In this document: piece by piece, positions 34,501-35,456 of the stretch
Layout of the letters: each line of letters begins with the position of its first letter
Position numbering within the stretch: the first letter of the stretch is position 1
From: a virus
UHGV virus genome: UHGV-0270948
Direction: 5' to 3' (one strand)
DNA: 35,456 nucleotides
The notes under the pieces: generated by a model
The model's database searches: none
What the model was told of the DNA's origin: nothing
What the model saw: only the letters and a program-made list of their open reading frames with translations
Position numbers and translations under genes: made by a program

Positions 34501-34728
34501 TACGCCCACGATCGGAAGTGTCAAGCCTTTCGTCAGAAGATCACCTGCTTTAGAAAATTTTTCTCCGACTTTCGCCGTCGTTTCCATCTCCTGACTGATC
34601 CGCTTTGCCTCGCTTGTGCCGATCGCAGACGCTTTCTCCATGTCGTTTTTAAAATTTTCAATATCGACTTTAATCTCTGTTAAAAGAGGGGCTAATTTTA
34701 TGCTTCCTGTCTTTATGCTTCCTGTCAT
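31540..34728 (-). CDS. Tail tape measure protein, 1062 aa
   Basis: Very long, Ala/Gly/Leu/Glu-rich helical protein with TP901-type N-terminal core motifs and Gly-rich TM-like segments. Follows the G/GT chaperone. Confidence 0.85.
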   Translation of the reverse strand: MTGSIKTGSIKLAPLLTEIKVDIENFKNDMEKASAIGTSEAKRISQEMETTAKVGEKFSKAGDLLTKGLTLPIVGVGAATTKMAVDFESSFAKVSTLLDSNVVDFTQYKNELLDASSETKVAVDEFSEAVYSSISAGVDQKEAIQFTTDAMKLAKGGFTDGAKAVDVLTTAINAYGLEASDATRVSDLLITTQNLGKTTVDELASSMGTVIPVANASNFSIEELSASYAQLTKNGVATAESGTYLKAMLSELSKSGSIADITLRELTGKGFADLKKEGTSTTEILSLLNVEAQKNDKTLKDMFGSVEAGSAALVLYKNNGEEYNEMLRGMETSAGATQKAFEKIDATPAEQLKGALNELRNEGVRFGAAFVPVIEKASDILGDVAEAFSELTDEQKENVVQWGITLAAAGPALKLIGGGVQTYTKLKTGIGAVTKALSAFGDAQEAAGIGGSVLAKSFTGALGTCAPLAAGLAVVGAGVYALHEQSDVLNSTVLKSREEMSWLEEALADLQGVTRYTKEELEEMGYVHKEFSDELSPEFQEAVEESTKKVQEFSVYLHEIGFDGIMTQEETDGFTKRVNGICDEVISTIESRKEEAQSGLKDLFIADDQVIDESEQKVLELLSQSSDAQISEVQTLRGEILAIQQNAMNEKRQLNEQEIADIQSKNERIRQIELEALGGTEQEILYAKNEFAARARTMDLESASELLQEKAKIRDDEIVQIQAAYDTEIQLLQSKLSTCKEEDRAYYEEQIANLEQDKQKKITEQRDLYDEYLSIIEEYNPKLLDGISDLNGQILTGEEERNAEYLQKVQERYAGLEQITQSGCYTLYNIEKGTNEDIVVNYDQATGKIVGLYNEASGTLVGYSQEIQAATMEMALSGKGSFEMLGTSLDGLKEKNGELVNANEDVVSSLSDIKKSADGTREGIAILNGTPCEVKVNKDGTIADLRAIDEEANNATRARTLSITLATNAITSGINAAISAAQGYSHYNGLDNVPYDGYQAVLHKGERVLTAEENKAYSNDPGIDYNKMEKCMKSAVRELTLSVGSRELGRIMDEHLRERGIL

Positions 34729-35045
34729 TTCTGTCTCCCTCCCGTAAATTTATGGATCGCATCCTCATCCGCTTCCGTCTGCTGCAATCTCCACAAATTT
34801 TTCAAAATTTCTCTTCCGTCTTTAGAAGATTGATAGCTTGCAATCCAACTTTCCCGATTTAGGAGCAAGAAAAAAGAATAAGGCAATTCCAAGACCTCAC
34901 GGAAATTCAGTCCTGTATACTGACTTATTCTTTTTATAATTCCTGTTTTTAGGCTGTATGCTCTTTCCCAGTTCTCTGTCGGGAAATACTTTTCGCAGAT
35001 TGCTTTTCCGATTTCTCCTTCCGGAACTGGGATTCGGAGTTTGGG
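34725..35045 (-). other. Candidate -1 frameshift extension (gpT-like) of the tail chaperone, with slippery heptamer CCCAAAC at 35039..35045
   Basis: The -1 frame is open for more than 100 codons from inside gpG to 34725, where its TGA overlaps the tape measure ATG. C-CCA-AAC fits the X-XXY-YYZ pattern in the zero frame. Confidence 0.4.
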
Positions 35046-35335
35046 TCTGTATCTGCTTTCAGCCGCAGCGCTGATACTTCCGCAATCAAACGGATAACTG
35101 CTTCTAGCGGAAGTTTTTTTATCTCATCCGCCGTAAACTCCCTGCCCTGCCTGTTATGATTTATCAGGAGCAAGCATGCATCGATCCGTTTTTCATATAC
35201 ATTATCTTCGGACAGATCCGCCTCTAACCGATCCATTTCTAAAATCATTCCGACTGTCGGCTCGAATACATCATATTCTTTCCCAAACAGCTTTATTTTC
35301 ACGGAATTGTTCATGTATTGATCTAAATCTAACAC
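34949..35335 (-). CDS. Tail assembly chaperone (gpG-like), 128 aa, GTG start
   Basis: Lies between the major tail gene and the tape measure gene. GGAGGG sits 9 nt before the GTG. A long -1 frame stays open past its stop. Confidence 0.6.
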   Translation of the reverse strand: MLDLDQYMNNSVKIKLFGKEYDVFEPTVGMILEMDRLEADLSEDNVYEKRIDACLLLINHNRQGREFTADEIKKLPLEAVIRLIAEVSALRLKADTDPNSESQFRKEKSEKQSAKSISRQRTGKEHTA

Positions 35336-35349
35336 CTTATTGCGCCCTC

Positions 35350-35456
35350 CTATGCCGCGACAATCGCCGCCGCTTCTTCTTCCGTAAGTTCTTCTTCAAA
35401 ACTTGCAAGGAAACCTTTTACTTTCTTGATCGCTGTTAATTCTGCATCGATCGTTA
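35350..35456 (-). CDS. C-terminal 34 codons plus stop of the major tail protein; joins 1..454 in frame if the window ends are contiguous
   Basis: The frame bridges position 1 to 35456 exactly: 454 + 107 = 561 nt = 187 codons. Reads ...TIDAELTAIKKVKGFLASFEEELTEEEAAAIVAA*. Stop is 15 nt before the chaperone GTG. Confidence 0.5.
   Translation of the reverse strand, partial: TIDAELTAIKKVKGFLASFEEELTEEEAAAIVAA

Noticed and set aside
31808-34594. Several 60-180-aa ORFs antisense to, or out of frame within, the tape measure gene.
   Set aside because: These are typical artefacts of a long, compositionally biased gene, with no independent start signals.
1-35456. Searched for CRISPR arrays, reverse transcriptase (DGR or retron), tRNA or tmRNA genes, and IS or transposase genes.
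   Set aside because: No direct-repeat/spacer arrays, no RT motifs (YxDD), no tRNA-like cloverleaf candidates and no transposase-like ORFs were seen. The fibre diversification here is by inversion, not a DGR.

Overview
This window looks like a complete, circularly closed genome (35,456 bp) of a temperate siphovirus-like phage of a low-GC Gram-positive (Clostridia-like) host. That host assignment rests on GGAGG-type ribosome-binding sites (RBS), codon usage and the gene families present. The major tail protein gene runs off the left edge on the minus strand and continues in frame from the right edge, so the two window ends are contiguous.

Modules, minus strand unless stated:
- Packaging and head, read 8.7 kb down to 1.9 kb: small and large terminase, SPP1-type portal, a MuF-like minor head protein with a C-terminal HExxH extension, scaffold, and major capsid followed by a terminator.
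- Head-tail joining genes and the major tail protein, which wraps across the origin.
- Tail, read 35.3 kb down to 28.0 kb: G/GT tail chaperone with a candidate -1 frameshift, tape measure, Dit, Tal-like protein and the tail fibre.
- Lysis: two XkdX-like genes, an Ig-like protein, a holin and an amidase endolysin.
- A large serine integrase on the plus strand.
- Lysogeny switch: a plus-strand CI-like HTH/S24 repressor facing two Cro-like HTH genes, with repeated operator motifs.
- An AT-rich accessory island on the opposite strand at 18.6-19.6 kb.
- A recombination/replication module (annealing-protein candidate, Cas4-like exonuclease, HerA-like ATPase, RusA, DnaD-like organiser).
- An ArpU-like late regulator.
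- Two hicAB toxin-antitoxin pairs with near-consensus promoters.

The most unusual feature is a 770-bp segment at 28450..29219. It is bounded by 24-bp perfect inverted repeats that lie inside the tail-fibre coding sequence. It contains a promoterless, oppositely oriented, in-frame homologue of the fibre C-terminus. This is a Mu G-segment-like host-range inversion switch, yet the genome encodes no dedicated invertase.

No CRISPR array, reverse transcriptase or tRNA was seen. All calls are by eye from motifs and context; no database search was run.
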